This document shows, piece after piece, positions 9,085-19,309 of a DNA stretch of 64,000 nt. The position numbers and the translations under genes are program-made. Origin of the DNA: an uncultured bacterium. Its GTDB lineage: Bacteria; Fidelibacterota; JAANXI01. The stretch is taken from positions 1,646-65,645 of the forward strand of contig CAYPST010000011.1 in NCBI GenBank assembly GCA_964413425.1, written 5' to 3'. How positions within the stretch are numbered: the stretch's first letter is position 1; each line of letters begins with the position of its first letter. A model generated the notes under the pieces. That model saw nothing but the letters and a program-made list of their open reading frames with translations. It ran no database searches and was not told the DNA's origin.

Positions 9085-10062
9085 TCATTCCAATATCTCA
9101 GCGGTAATATATCCGACATCCAGGCCCCGATGATTCTTTCGGTGGGGCCGGTGGTAATCAGACAGAGCGGCCAACACTTCCGCCTCAATCCATCCAAGGG
9201 AGTCCAGAATGGTCAGCATCATCGGCGCAGTGCCCCGCCAGGCACCATCCAGAGCCTTCACAGCAATGCCATAGCTTTCTCCGTGATGTCGCACGGTCAT
9301 CCCGCGGACTCCCTCCGCTCCGATCTTGGAGATGACCGTCCCCGGGCACGCCTCCATAATAGCCGTATCAAACCTATTCCTCCCGGCAACCATGTACGGA
9401 GAGGCGTTCATCGCATGGAAGATGGCCTCGAGATGTGTATTGCTATTTTCCCCCAGTTTTTGAAATAAAACAGCTATTTCATGGAGTGTCAGATAATACG
9501 TGGGAAGTGAACAGCCGTCTATCCCCGCACGGAAATTAGAACGTCCTGCCAGATCACCGATCAGATTTCTAATCTGCTGCTGCAGCGGATGATCCTCCTG
9601 AATGTAATTTTCCGGAGGCATCCGTTGATGTTTGGCTGCCAGCAGCATTCCGGCATGTTTCCCGGAGCAATTATTATAAATGGGAGTCAATTCTACATCC
9701 CTGGCAAGTACAGCATCAGCAGTGGACTCGTCCAGCGGTTTATGGGCGCCGCAGAGCAGCATTTCCTCGGTCAGCCCGGTACGCTGGAGGAGATTGCGAA
9801 CTGTGTCAACATGAACCGGTTCCCCGTTATGAGAGCCACACACGACTGCCAATTCCTCATCGCTCAGGCGATAAACAGCTGCTGCTCCGGAACTCACAAC
9901 TGACAGTGCCTGGAAAGGTTTCAGCGTCGATCTCGCAAACACATTATACTCCGGATGGGTGGTATGCAAAAGTAATTTCCCGGTGCAATCAACTACCGCG
10001 GCTTCCCCCGTATGAATACTCTCCACTTCGTTTGCCCGAAAGACTCTGGTAACTATGTGCAC
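9085..10062 (-). CDS. L-asparaginase II family (Rhizobium-type, class 3) protein
   Basis: RSTLKPFQ, NNCSGKHAGML, DGCSLP and KIGAEG motifs. Confidence 0.88.
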   Translation of the reverse strand: MHIVTRVFRANEVESIHTGEAAVVDCTGKLLLHTTHPEYNVFARSTLKPFQALSVVSSGAAAVYRLSDEELAVVCGSHNGEPVHVDTVRNLLQRTGLTEEMLLCGAHKPLDESTADAVLARDVELTPIYNNCSGKHAGMLLAAKHQRMPPENYIQEDHPLQQQIRNLIGDLAGRSNFRAGIDGCSLPTYYLTLHEIAVLFQKLGENSNTHLEAIFHAMNASPYMVAGRNRFDTAIMEACPGTVISKIGAEGVRGMTVRHHGESYGIAVKALDGAWRGTAPMMLTILDSLGWIEAEVLAALSDYHRPHRKNHRGLDVGYITAEILE

Positions 10063-10147
10063 AGTTTCACTTTCTTTATTTCAAATTCTACGAGAATAAT
10101 ACAATACTTCAACACCTTAAAAGGAGGGCCAACTTCACAGATCACAG

Positions 10148-10837
10148 CTACTTAATTAAAAACATGAGATCCCGGAGGGCATTCTCGAGGCCGATAAACA
10201 GCGCTTTCCCCAGTACCCCCCGGTTCACCGCCAGCGTATCAATGGTCTCTAAGTCTGCCAGCGCCCGAAAATTCCGATAATTTAAACCGCCGCATACTGT
10301 CACACCCATTTCGTATTTTGAGGCCACCTGCGCCACCTCGGTGATATCCTCCAGTGCCTGTAATTGTGTTTCCGGGGTCGCCGCAGTGGTAAACGCAGTA
10401 CCGTTAATTTCCACCTGGTCAACCCCCAGCTTGTAGGCATTTTTCAGTTGCTTTAAGTCGCTTTCGATCCGAACAGATATCACCATAGGCCGACCGCGCT
10501 TGACTTGCGCGAAGAATCCTTTCATGTCCGGGGCGTTCCGAAAGTCCATACAATAATTCTCCTGATATGGATCAATAAACGTTACTTTGCTCGGCGGATA
10601 CGCCATCAGGGATTCAATGCTTTTTTCATTGATTGGCAGCCGCCAGTTCAGCGGGACTGCACTGTTGGATATAATATATTGTACGGTTTTCGTTTGCCCG
10701 TCGACGGAGGTCATTCCTAATGCGTCTACGCCTGCTAATTCTGCAATCCCGGCGGCAGTCACCGGATCCAGCCCCGGGATATGCAGCGTGTTTTGCATTT
10801 CTGCAATCCCGTCCAAATTAAATTCGAGGTGTGGCAT
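10148..10837 (-). CDS. PdxJ-like (pyridoxine 5'-phosphate synthase fold) protein lacking catalytic residues
   Basis: Collinear with PdxJ (NLD, DPVTAAGIAELAGVD, VEIN, GLNYRN, GKALFIGLENALRDL), but the HLREDRRH, NLE, GHG and IGH motifs are absent. Confidence 0.7.
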   Translation of the reverse strand: MPHLEFNLDGIAEMQNTLHIPGLDPVTAAGIAELAGVDALGMTSVDGQTKTVQYIISNSAVPLNWRLPINEKSIESLMAYPPSKVTFIDPYQENYCMDFRNAPDMKGFFAQVKRGRPMVISVRIESDLKQLKNAYKLGVDQVEINGTAFTTAATPETQLQALEDITEVAQVASKYEMGVTVCGGLNYRNFRALADLETIDTLAVNRGVLGKALFIGLENALRDLMFLIK

Positions 10838-10847
10838 TGGGGCTCCT

Positions 10848-11990
10848 TTATTCTGCGAACGCGCTGTTCGTCACGTCTGAGTTGCTTGCTTGATACCGGG
10901 GAAACCTGGATTGGCTCACCACTTCCGACATCCGGGCAAATCGTACGCCCTGACTTTGATAAACAGGGATCTTTGCCTGTAGTACCTCCAATGTCTCCCG
11001 GCGGACATGCCCGATTCCGATAGCCATGCCGTGCTGTTTGGCATGATTTACCAACTCCTTGAGCTGCAACTGAATATAGGTAGAATCCTCCTGGTTGTCG
11101 AGAAATACGGTACGTCGCCCATGCGGAAGTCCGAGCCTGGAAGCCAGCTCATATCCGACACTCCGGGGTGAAGTATAACTATCCACAAAATACACCCCTC
11201 GACCACGGAGTAAGTGTAACACCGTTTGCATTAAATCTGGATTCCGGGTGGCTAACGACCCCTGGTGATTATTCAAGCCAGCTGCATTGGGAATCTCTTG
11301 AAACGCCCGGTTTAATCTGGTAATGATTTCTCTGGAAGACATATTCTTCCGTAAGATAAACGCGCCTTCATCTCCGGCAATATACTCTTCCGGCTCCATT
11401 GGCATATGTATCATCGTTTCTACATTGCGGGATGCAGCCATCTTTGCTATCTCTGCGGAATAGGGCAGACCGGGGATAATCGAGATGGTGATCTCCGTAT
11501 CCAGATCCATGAAATCAGTAACCAGGCCGTTTTTCACATAGCCAAAATCGTCGATGATGATCCCGACCACCGCCTGTTCAGATATGGAAGCGCCGGTTCC
11601 CCGCACGACAACTCTTCCCAGTGGCTCTCCATGAAAGTGCAGCCCGTATATCAGCACATCATTTCTTTCTAACCGGCCGGCAATGGCAAAATGAAAGCGC
11701 AATACTTGTTCTATCTGATCTGTGGTTCTGCCAAAGGAGAGATCGTCGGGATAGAAAAACACCAATTCCGGGACATCATCCCTGGTGGCCACGACCTGCT
11801 GAAAGTGCAAATTCGGATCTGCTCGCATCAGCAGCTTCGGAAGCAACACTCGAAATTTATGCCGGGCCTGGTTCATGAGATCCGCTGATGCATTGGACTG
11901 GTAACGCAGATTCCAGACGATGATGCCCAGCAGGATGAGTCCTATTCCCAGAAATAAAGCCAGCAGCTGCTTTTCATCAGTTCGTCTCAT
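10848..11990 (-). CDS. Divergent polysaccharide deacetylase family protein (YibQ-like), membrane anchored
   Basis: IIIDDFG, HMPMEP, NNHQGS, YFVDS, RRTVFLD and AIGIGH motifs, with an N-terminal TM helix. Confidence 0.88.
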   Translation of the reverse strand: MRRTDEKQLLALFLGIGLILLGIIVWNLRYQSNASADLMNQARHKFRVLLPKLLMRADPNLHFQQVVATRDDVPELVFFYPDDLSFGRTTDQIEQVLRFHFAIAGRLERNDVLIYGLHFHGEPLGRVVVRGTGASISEQAVVGIIIDDFGYVKNGLVTDFMDLDTEITISIIPGLPYSAEIAKMAASRNVETMIHMPMEPEEYIAGDEGAFILRKNMSSREIITRLNRAFQEIPNAAGLNNHQGSLATRNPDLMQTVLHLLRGRGVYFVDSYTSPRSVGYELASRLGLPHGRRTVFLDNQEDSTYIQLQLKELVNHAKQHGMAIGIGHVRRETLEVLQAKIPVYQSQGVRFARMSEVVSQSRFPRYQASNSDVTNSAFAE

Positions 11991-12257
11991 GTGCTATGCA
12001 TATACCTGTGCATCCGAAGAACACGTTCCGGATAAATTACTCAATATTGGGAGAGTATAAAATGTTTAATTTACTGAGGGCAGAGACATGGCGCCACATC
12101 ACACAGCAGTTTCGGCAAGATTCAGGTTCGCCCCCTGCATAAGCACCGAACTTCGACCACGAACGACGAGGTTTTTCGTTCGGCAGACATCATTCGTCAA
12201 AGAGAATACAATCTGTCCATGCCCCGGTGTGTAAGGGGATTCCGGACTGAATATTCC

Positions 12258-15200
12258 CTAACCACGAATCTGTATGTTAACGGTTAAACCAAAGTCGCTG
12301 AAAGTAGTTGGTTTATCTTCGGAATTCACTCGTTTATTGAACCGCTGGCCATATTTATAAAAGATTCCCCCGGTCACTCGCTCGGTAAAGGAATAATCGA
12401 TTTTTGGCTGCAGTTGCCAGCTATATTCTTTGCCCTGGGGTTCGAAACTGCCACCCGAAAGACTGCGTAACTGCTCGGCATTGCTATAATCAAAGGTAAA
12501 GGTAGCAGTGAGATTATTATTCATATTGAGGGATTTAAGAAAAGGGATTGGCAATCGCAATCCTCCGCGGTGCTGATAACTGCCTGACAAACTGATATTA
12601 CTCCGATTGGAAATATCCAGAGAACTCAAGCCGGAATTGTAGCCGGCTGTCACACGCTTCGTCGTTCCATAGCTGACCTGGACAGAGATATCATTCACCG
12701 TGGTCATTCGAAATCCGATCAGAGGCTGCATGTTCTGCGTGTAGGTGGCAGAGAGTTGTTCCCCGTCCCGGAAATTGGCCACGTACCGACCCTGATAGCT
12801 GTGATTCAGCGAGACGCTCCTGGCAATGCCTTCAAAAATGGAAAGGTGCTCCAATCCACCCCACCGAATGCTCCAGCTCGGAATAGGCAGTCCCTTCACT
12901 TCCTCCTCTTTCAATTCATATTCTTCCGGTTTGAACTGGAGCAGGAACATATCCCGATTCGCATTTCTGGTCATCCGGTTGGGAGTAAACAGTCTGGAAT
13001 TGCCGTAGGAGTAGTTGAAAGTGGCCGAGACATTGCGGGAAAAATTATATCCGGTTCGCACGGCAAAATCCTGTGAGACATTCACACTTCGATTGCCGGC
13101 CAGACCGATATACGCAGAATCAACCGGGATGTCGGCATCCACCACCCATCCCAGGCGGTATTGTATTCCTGGGGCGCGAACCAGATTTCGGTGCTGCCCG
13201 GATCGGCTGTTACTGAACGAAAGGTTGACTGGTTGGAGGTTTTGCAGAAACGTGCTGAACAACTCTCCCAGATCCGGAGTGCCGGTATCGTCTTCTTCCT
13301 GCTGTTCTTTAGTTTCACGGCCTTCTTCGGCACCAGGTCGACCGGGAGGCACATTCGATGGTTGTCCGGGACGATCTCCCGGACGGGTTTGAGTCCCCCG
13401 CTGTCCGGGCCGGGATTGGCCGGTTCCGGCGGATTGCAGCTGCTTCAAATCTATCACTGCATTCACGGAGGTTTGCTGGTTATATCCAACGTCCACCCCC
13501 CGTTTCTCCTTATTCACACTGTTCTGGTAGTTATAATTCGACTGATACTGCAATGTCGGCTTCAGCCAGTTGGAGAGCTCCGGGTTGTAAGTCGCGTTGT
13601 ACCCTTCGTTCACCCCGGTGACGATCCCCGGTTTCTGATACCGAATCATATCCCACCGCTGCTCGCCCCGGAATTCCGAGACATTGGAGTCCATCCGTTT
13701 ATTATAAGAGAAATTCAGGCTCCGGAACGGATTATATCCGGTGGTAAATGTCCGCTGCAATATCTGATTGTAAGAACGATTCGGTTCTCTGGTTCCTGCG
13801 CGATACGCCCTGGACGTCGTGTTCTCCGTCAACAGTCCGGTAATGTTTATTCGGGTGGGCTTGTAATAAAATCTTGTTTCGCTCAACTGGTCACCAATCA
13901 GGGGCACCGGATCCAGGAACTGGAAGATACCAATCCCATTTCCCTGGAGAAACTGTACATTATAGGCAGCCTGAATCACATTCTTTGAGTTCCGGGAGTA
14001 CCTTTGGGTTTCATTGCGCAGGTAAGATTCGCTGACATCATAACTGAACCGAATTGCGTCGACAGTGGATTTGAGCAGCCAATTTTTTGATCGGGTGGTT
14101 TTCGACAGCGAGGTACCGTAGGATCGCTGCATGGAATAGGATTCGATTTTCGAAATCGTATCTTCCGCGGCCGGTTCCGAAAGGGTTTCATACAGGCGGT
14201 CAGTTAACACATCACTCCCGGGGAGGTACTTCGGAATCCGTTGGGATTCGTTGTAGCGGGCTCTCACAGGAATCCGCAGTCCCCAGGATTCGGGAAAGAA
14301 CTTGTTTCCATTCAGGGAGACGTTCAAATCCACTGCTTCGGTGTTCATGTCATCGCCCCACTGATTATCCACCCGATGGAAATCCGCATCCACCCGGCTG
14401 GTGTTCACCCGGACACTCATGACATCTGCGAAATCCATCGATGCCTGAGCTCGCATGGCCATACCCCCCGAGCGGTTCACGCCGGTCACCCGCAGTTCGT
14501 TTACCCAGATATCCCCGGTATAGCTGGGCCACGCATCAAGTTCCCCGTGACTCTCCCAGGCCCGGTAATCTCGTCCGGTAAAATTCCGGGCGCCGAGTTC
14601 CATCCGCTTGATCTTACCAATGGAGGGATTGCCGTGTACCACCAGTTCAATATTATTCTCCGACGTGGTATCTGCAAATACTGTGGTATTCCGGTGGAAG
14701 TAGATACGTCCCCGGGGATTTCGTTGCGGAAACGGGCTGCCGGAGGACACAGCCAGACTATCCACCGCCTTTAACTGGGCAAGGAAATCCAGATCCAGTT
14801 CCATCTGCTGCCACCCGGGATCCAGTTGGGTTCGGTATTCATAGTAATTTTCATCGTCCCGCCCCAGCCGGAAGAAAAATTCCAGATGCTCGCTGGGAGG
14901 ATTAATCTTGTCTCCGTGAATGAACAATCGGAGAAATTGATAATTCACCAGATTCAAATCCTGACTCTGGTGCAATACCCTGACTGCCCGACCCTGAGAC
15001 CACTGCCGAAGGTTGGATAACCTCAATACCAGGGATTGCTCTTTGGAAGTAATTCCATAGACCCGGTCTTCCACACCTCGCACTCCTTCCGGAGGGCTGT
15101 AAATAGCATTATTATCCTCATTATTCACTACCGACACCGTAAAACTGCTATCGTTCTGAGTGGTATCACCCGGAATAATCACGTTTTCGACACTCGATTC

Positions 15201-18200
15201 CAGCCATTCATTGCCGACAATCTCAATTTTCGCAATGCTGACCGTGTCTTCATTCCCGTGATTGTAATCGAAATCGGTGAACCAGATGCGGGCAAACTGG
15301 ACATCTTCGATGGAGGCGTTTGGATCGGAACGCTCGGGATCGAAATCATTCAAAGGAATCAGATACTGCTTCCATCCGGTGCCCCGGCCGGTCTCCGGAT
15401 TAATGGTTTCATTGATAAAGTATTCATTGTCCGTGGTATCCAGCGGTACCGTATAACTGAAGTAACTTTCCGTGCGATCCAGGATATTATTCCGATTCAA
15501 ATCCTCTGTATCAGGAACATTCCCGCCCATTTCTCGCCCGTTACCCTCCGTGCCATTCGACCAGCGATACGTTTTGAAATCGCTGCGATCAAATGCATAA
15601 TTATCGCCGGCCGGATCCCCTGGTTGCAGTCCGTATTTTTCAAACAAGGCAGGGGGACTGTTAATGGTAAGGGTATCCTGCCCGTTGGGGCCGTAGATAC
15701 CGACCTCTTCTTCATCAGGCAGGCCGTCTAACCCCAGATCTTCGTCGTCATCCAGCAGTCCGTTCCGAATGCCACCCCGGAGCTTATCTTCGGTATCCAG
15801 CTTGTTATTGCCGTTGGCATCCTCGGAGACTAATCCCAGATCTATATGGACCGCCCCGCTGTTTCCGCGCAACCAGAGTTCAATGTATTTACTCTCGCTC
15901 TGGTCGCGATAAGAGGAGGGCAGCGCCCGCATAAAACCACCCCAGACAGAATCCGACGGGGCGGGCTGTTGATCACCGAGCACCCGCCGGGGATCCAGCG
16001 CTACATGTAACACCTGGGTCGTATTGGTCTGCTGCTGAATGCTCACTTCTCTGTTCGGCCAGATGGCCTTGGTCGGAATCCCGGCATACGGATTATACCA
16101 GAACAGGAAGCCGCGGTTTTCCTCGGTATATCCCAAGTGTTTTCCGTCCGGGCCTCGCGGGATGGATGCCGGGCCCCAGCTGTGCTTCGAGATGGTCAGA
16201 CTGGTGGTGCGCTTGCTTCCTTCGAAATCATCGATGTATGCAACCCCGTTTTTATCCAGCTCGGAATCCTGCAGGTTGGGATTGGGCATCACCTGGGCTA
16301 CTTCCCCTTCTATTTCAAATTGGGAGCGGGCTTCGGTTCTGATGAGCGGCATGGTATCAATGGCCCGGGTCAGGAAGTTTAAATCTTGCTGGAAACGTCC
16401 GTTCACATCCCACACAAAGTTTCGGAACGGTTCCTGGCCCACCCGGACCTTATCATCCACCGAGGTTTTACTGTAATACATCCCGGTGGCCGCGAGAAAC
16501 GAATTCTCCCCGAAAGCATATTCGGCGCGTCCACCCGCCACTACTTTTTTGTCCAGCTGGAAGACCTCATTGGTCTCGTACAGTATTTCCAGATCTGCGC
16601 CTGGTTTTAAATACTCCTCACCCAGGATAGTGACCCTGCCGAGGAAATAATCGATGTTGTAATCGGTCCCTCTCTGCAGGGTTTTCCCGGAAGCGCGCAC
16701 TTCTTCACTGCCTTCAATGATATTAAAACCGGGCAGATTAATATTCGCACTCTGGTTCGAATATTTCGCCACCAGTTTAAACCGGGACTCTTCAACCATT
16801 GCTTTATTCTGACGATAACTTCCCTCGTACATTTCCGACTGGGAAAGGGCGGTGTCGAGTGCCGGATTATACAATCCGTCCCGGATTTTTTTGCCGGCCG
16901 CTTTGGCCTCCCCTTCCGCCCGGAATGGCTCCAGGTAGGGCATAAAAATTTCCCCGCGCTGTAAATCGACGATGTTCTCAATGTCAACCTGCTGGTCGGG
17001 GGTCTGCTGTCCCTCCGAGTTGAATCTATCCAGCCCGAACACCTGGAGCCAGGGAGTACCATCATCACTGATGTTGTCATTGTTGTTCGTGTAGGTGTCC
17101 ATGATATCGAATTCAAATCCATCGCGATCAAGATTCATGGTCCCCAGGGAGTACACATTTTTAAACATCAGATCCCAGGTGGGCTTATTCGGACTGGGAT
17201 TATCGATACGCAGCATCTTCATGTTCACCCGGGTGGTGTCCTCCGGATTGAACACCAGCTGTCCCACCGTATCGCCGCCCTCCGTGGAGTAACTTATGGC
17301 CAGGATCTCGTTGTCCTGCAGGTTAGTATTCAGCCGGATAAATCCAAGATCCCTGTCGATAATGTAATCGTCTTCCTCTTCCAGAATCTGGAATTCCGCG
17401 CTCCGCATATATTGGCGAAATTTCGTCGTGTCACTCGGATCCACATAAGCATTGCCCCACACCTGAGTTCCGGTTTCAACATTGGTCCCGATGATACTTT
17501 TAAATACCTCGATATTATCAATGATTTTGTCCTGAGGAGGTTGCCGGTGCTCATTCGTCCCGGGCTCCAGAGGATAAAAATTGCTGCGATAGTACTCGTC
17601 GATGAAGAAATATTTATTTTTCACAAACTGGTAGTCGTAGACTTCATAGGTCTGCTCCGACGCTCCACCCGTAAAGCTCATCTGCTGCTTCTTCCCCTGT
17701 TCAATGCTGGCCACGGTCACCACATCGACCGGGCCGAATTTCATATCGGTGCGGATCCCAAACAAGCCACTGCTGGTCGGACTGAAAGTCACCAGCTGAG
17801 TACCGGGAAGCGACAGGCTGATATTCCCGGCATCCACCCGCTGGATGATGTCATCCTCATTCCCCACATAGTTCAACTTCACATCATTTTCAAATTGAAA
17901 GTCCCGCTCCGAATTATAGTCAACCAGAACATTAATCCGATCGCCGATACTCCCTTCAATACTGAAATTCTGGCGCTGATTGAAAATAATATTGGTCTGC
18001 GGTTCGGAACGAAAACTGGTGGTGATAAGATTTTTATCTTCCCGGGTTGCCCGGGCATTAATGTTCACATTACCCGCAACGCGCAGGGCTACCCGCTGTC
18101 CGCCAATATCCGCGCCCACCAGTTCATATCCCCTCGCATCCTGGAGATTTGTGCTCGCCTGCTCCTGTTCACCATGCATTGCCTGATACAGCAGTGCGCG

Positions 18201-18608
18201 CTGGTTCCGTTGGAGGTTTAACTCGTAATACGTGTCAAGAGCAACCCATAAAGGGATGCCCACCGGTGTATCATAATATTTTGGGGAAATAATCAGATAG
18301 GTGCCGGTGGAATCAACCTCTTCCACCCGGCGGAACCCCCGGACGTTGTATCGCGGCCGGAGAATTTTCCAGGGAAGCAACGAGTCGCTTTCCGCAGCCG
18401 CCGGATAGGTGATTCTTTCATCCGGAAATAAGTCGGGCTGTCTCAGTGGAATCGGAGGATAACGAAGCGGTGCGGTAAACAGGGAATCCCTGGGAGAATC
18501 CTGTTGAGAGGAGGCCGGAAACACCGTACCCCGGAGGCACAGGACCCCGGCAATTACGAGCAATACGACCCATCCAAAAATTGTTATCGCCTGCTTCTTA
18601 ATGTTCAA
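12258..18608 (-). CDS. sprA: Cell surface protein SprA / type IX secretion translocon homolog (2116 aa)
   Basis: IGDRINVLVDYNSE, IQRVDAGNISLSLP, GLFGIRTDMKFG, WDLMFKNVYSLG, AYIDDFEGS, IDLGLVSED, IWVNELR and WGLRIP motifs, followed by a beta-strand-rich C-terminus. Confidence 0.88.
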   Translation of the reverse strand: MNIKKQAITIFGWVVLLVIAGVLCLRGTVFPASSQQDSPRDSLFTAPLRYPPIPLRQPDLFPDERITYPAAAESDSLLPWKILRPRYNVRGFRRVEEVDSTGTYLIISPKYYDTPVGIPLWVALDTYYELNLQRNQRALLYQAMHGEQEQASTNLQDARGYELVGADIGGQRVALRVAGNVNINARATREDKNLITTSFRSEPQTNIIFNQRQNFSIEGSIGDRINVLVDYNSERDFQFENDVKLNYVGNEDDIIQRVDAGNISLSLPGTQLVTFSPTSSGLFGIRTDMKFGPVDVVTVASIEQGKKQQMSFTGGASEQTYEVYDYQFVKNKYFFIDEYYRSNFYPLEPGTNEHRQPPQDKIIDNIEVFKSIIGTNVETGTQVWGNAYVDPSDTTKFRQYMRSAEFQILEEEDDYIIDRDLGFIRLNTNLQDNEILAISYSTEGGDTVGQLVFNPEDTTRVNMKMLRIDNPSPNKPTWDLMFKNVYSLGTMNLDRDGFEFDIMDTYTNNNDNISDDGTPWLQVFGLDRFNSEGQQTPDQQVDIENIVDLQRGEIFMPYLEPFRAEGEAKAAGKKIRDGLYNPALDTALSQSEMYEGSYRQNKAMVEESRFKLVAKYSNQSANINLPGFNIIEGSEEVRASGKTLQRGTDYNIDYFLGRVTILGEEYLKPGADLEILYETNEVFQLDKKVVAGGRAEYAFGENSFLAATGMYYSKTSVDDKVRVGQEPFRNFVWDVNGRFQQDLNFLTRAIDTMPLIRTEARSQFEIEGEVAQVMPNPNLQDSELDKNGVAYIDDFEGSKRTTSLTISKHSWGPASIPRGPDGKHLGYTEENRGFLFWYNPYAGIPTKAIWPNREVSIQQQTNTTQVLHVALDPRRVLGDQQPAPSDSVWGGFMRALPSSYRDQSESKYIELWLRGNSGAVHIDLGLVSEDANGNNKLDTEDKLRGGIRNGLLDDDEDLGLDGLPDEEEVGIYGPNGQDTLTINSPPALFEKYGLQPGDPAGDNYAFDRSDFKTYRWSNGTEGNGREMGGNVPDTEDLNRNNILDRTESYFSYTVPLDTTDNEYFINETINPETGRGTGWKQYLIPLNDFDPERSDPNASIEDVQFARIWFTDFDYNHGNEDTVSIAKIEIVGNEWLESSVENVIIPGDTTQNDSSFTVSVVNNEDNNAIYSPPEGVRGVEDRVYGITSKEQSLVLRLSNLRQWSQGRAVRVLHQSQDLNLVNYQFLRLFIHGDKINPPSEHLEFFFRLGRDDENYYEYRTQLDPGWQQMELDLDFLAQLKAVDSLAVSSGSPFPQRNPRGRIYFHRNTTVFADTTSENNIELVVHGNPSIGKIKRMELGARNFTGRDYRAWESHGELDAWPSYTGDIWVNELRVTGVNRSGGMAMRAQASMDFADVMSVRVNTSRVDADFHRVDNQWGDDMNTEAVDLNVSLNGNKFFPESWGLRIPVRARYNESQRIPKYLPGSDVLTDRLYETLSEPAAEDTISKIESYSMQRSYGTSLSKTTRSKNWLLKSTVDAIRFSYDVSESYLRNETQRYSRNSKNVIQAAYNVQFLQGNGIGIFQFLDPVPLIGDQLSETRFYYKPTRINITGLLTENTTSRAYRAGTREPNRSYNQILQRTFTTGYNPFRSLNFSYNKRMDSNVSEFRGEQRWDMIRYQKPGIVTGVNEGYNATYNPELSNWLKPTLQYQSNYNYQNSVNKEKRGVDVGYNQQTSVNAVIDLKQLQSAGTGQSRPGQRGTQTRPGDRPGQPSNVPPGRPGAEEGRETKEQQEEDDTGTPDLGELFSTFLQNLQPVNLSFSNSRSGQHRNLVRAPGIQYRLGWVVDADIPVDSAYIGLAGNRSVNVSQDFAVRTGYNFSRNVSATFNYSYGNSRLFTPNRMTRNANRDMFLLQFKPEEYELKEEEVKGLPIPSWSIRWGGLEHLSIFEGIARSVSLNHSYQGRYVANFRDGEQLSATYTQNMQPLIGFRMTTVNDISVQVSYGTTKRVTAGYNSGLSSLDISNRSNISLSGSYQHRGGLRLPIPFLKSLNMNNNLTATFTFDYSNAEQLRSLSGGSFEPQGKEYSWQLQPKIDYSFTERVTGGIFYKYGQRFNKRVNSEDKPTTFSDFGLTVNIQIRG

Positions 18609-18677
18609 ACCAATCCGTCACTTACTGTTTAGTAATCGATAACAATCTTCGTCGAGTGTGCTCCTTTGTGTTTGCTG

Positions 18678-19280
18678 TTAGGAAATGATATTGTGCTGCT
18701 GTAATTCCAGGAATAATTTCCGCAGTGCCCGTCCGCGGTGCGAAATGGCATTTTTTGCTTCGCTGGTCATTTCCGCAAAGGTTTGTCTTGTTTCCAGGGC
18801 TTCAAATACCGGATCATATCCGAATCCCTGTGTTCCGCGACGTTCTGTGGTGATGACTCCTTCAACCGATCCCTCCGTGACCACTTCATGGGTGCCATTA
18901 TAGTATACCGTTACCGTACAAAATCGTGCCGTTCTCTTGGCAGGGGGAACCTCCTGCAACTCGAGTAGCAGTTTATCAATGTTATCATCATAGGTGGCGT
19001 TCTCTCCGGCATATCGCGCTGAGAGAACCCCGGGAGCACCATTCAGAGCGTCTACTTCCAGTCCGGTATCATCGGAGATGATCGGGAAGCCGAGAATGTT
19101 GTATAATTCAAGTGCCTTTTTTAATGCATTTCCCTGTAAGGTGTTCCGGTCTTCCTCAATCTCTGGGACGCTGTCAAACTCACGCAGGTCTCTGATGGTC
19201 AAACCCGGACGGCCAAAAATATCTCTGATCTCCCATGATTTATCAGGATTGGCGGATCCCACTACAACCACGTTGACCAT
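18678..19280 (-). CDS. rdgB: Non-canonical purine NTP pyrophosphatase (RdgB/HAM1)
   Basis: DDTGLEVDALNGAPGVLSARYAG, GFGYDPVF and SHRGRA motifs. Confidence 0.93.
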   Translation of the reverse strand: MVNVVVVGSANPDKSWEIRDIFGRPGLTIRDLREFDSVPEIEEDRNTLQGNALKKALELYNILGFPIISDDTGLEVDALNGAPGVLSARYAGENATYDDNIDKLLLELQEVPPAKRTARFCTVTVYYNGTHEVVTEGSVEGVITTERRGTQGFGYDPVFEALETRQTFAEMTSEAKNAISHRGRALRKLFLELQQHNIIS

Positions 19281-19309
19281 AAAATAATCTCATTAAGGTG
19301 ACGCATCGT

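Noticed and set aside
13161-18221. Long plus-strand ORFs opposite sprA (e.g. 13161-13988, 17412-18221)
   Set aside because: Antisense shadows of a well-supported gene, with no recognisable motifs. The same applies to the ORFs opposite lptD, mfd, gyrB and gyrA.
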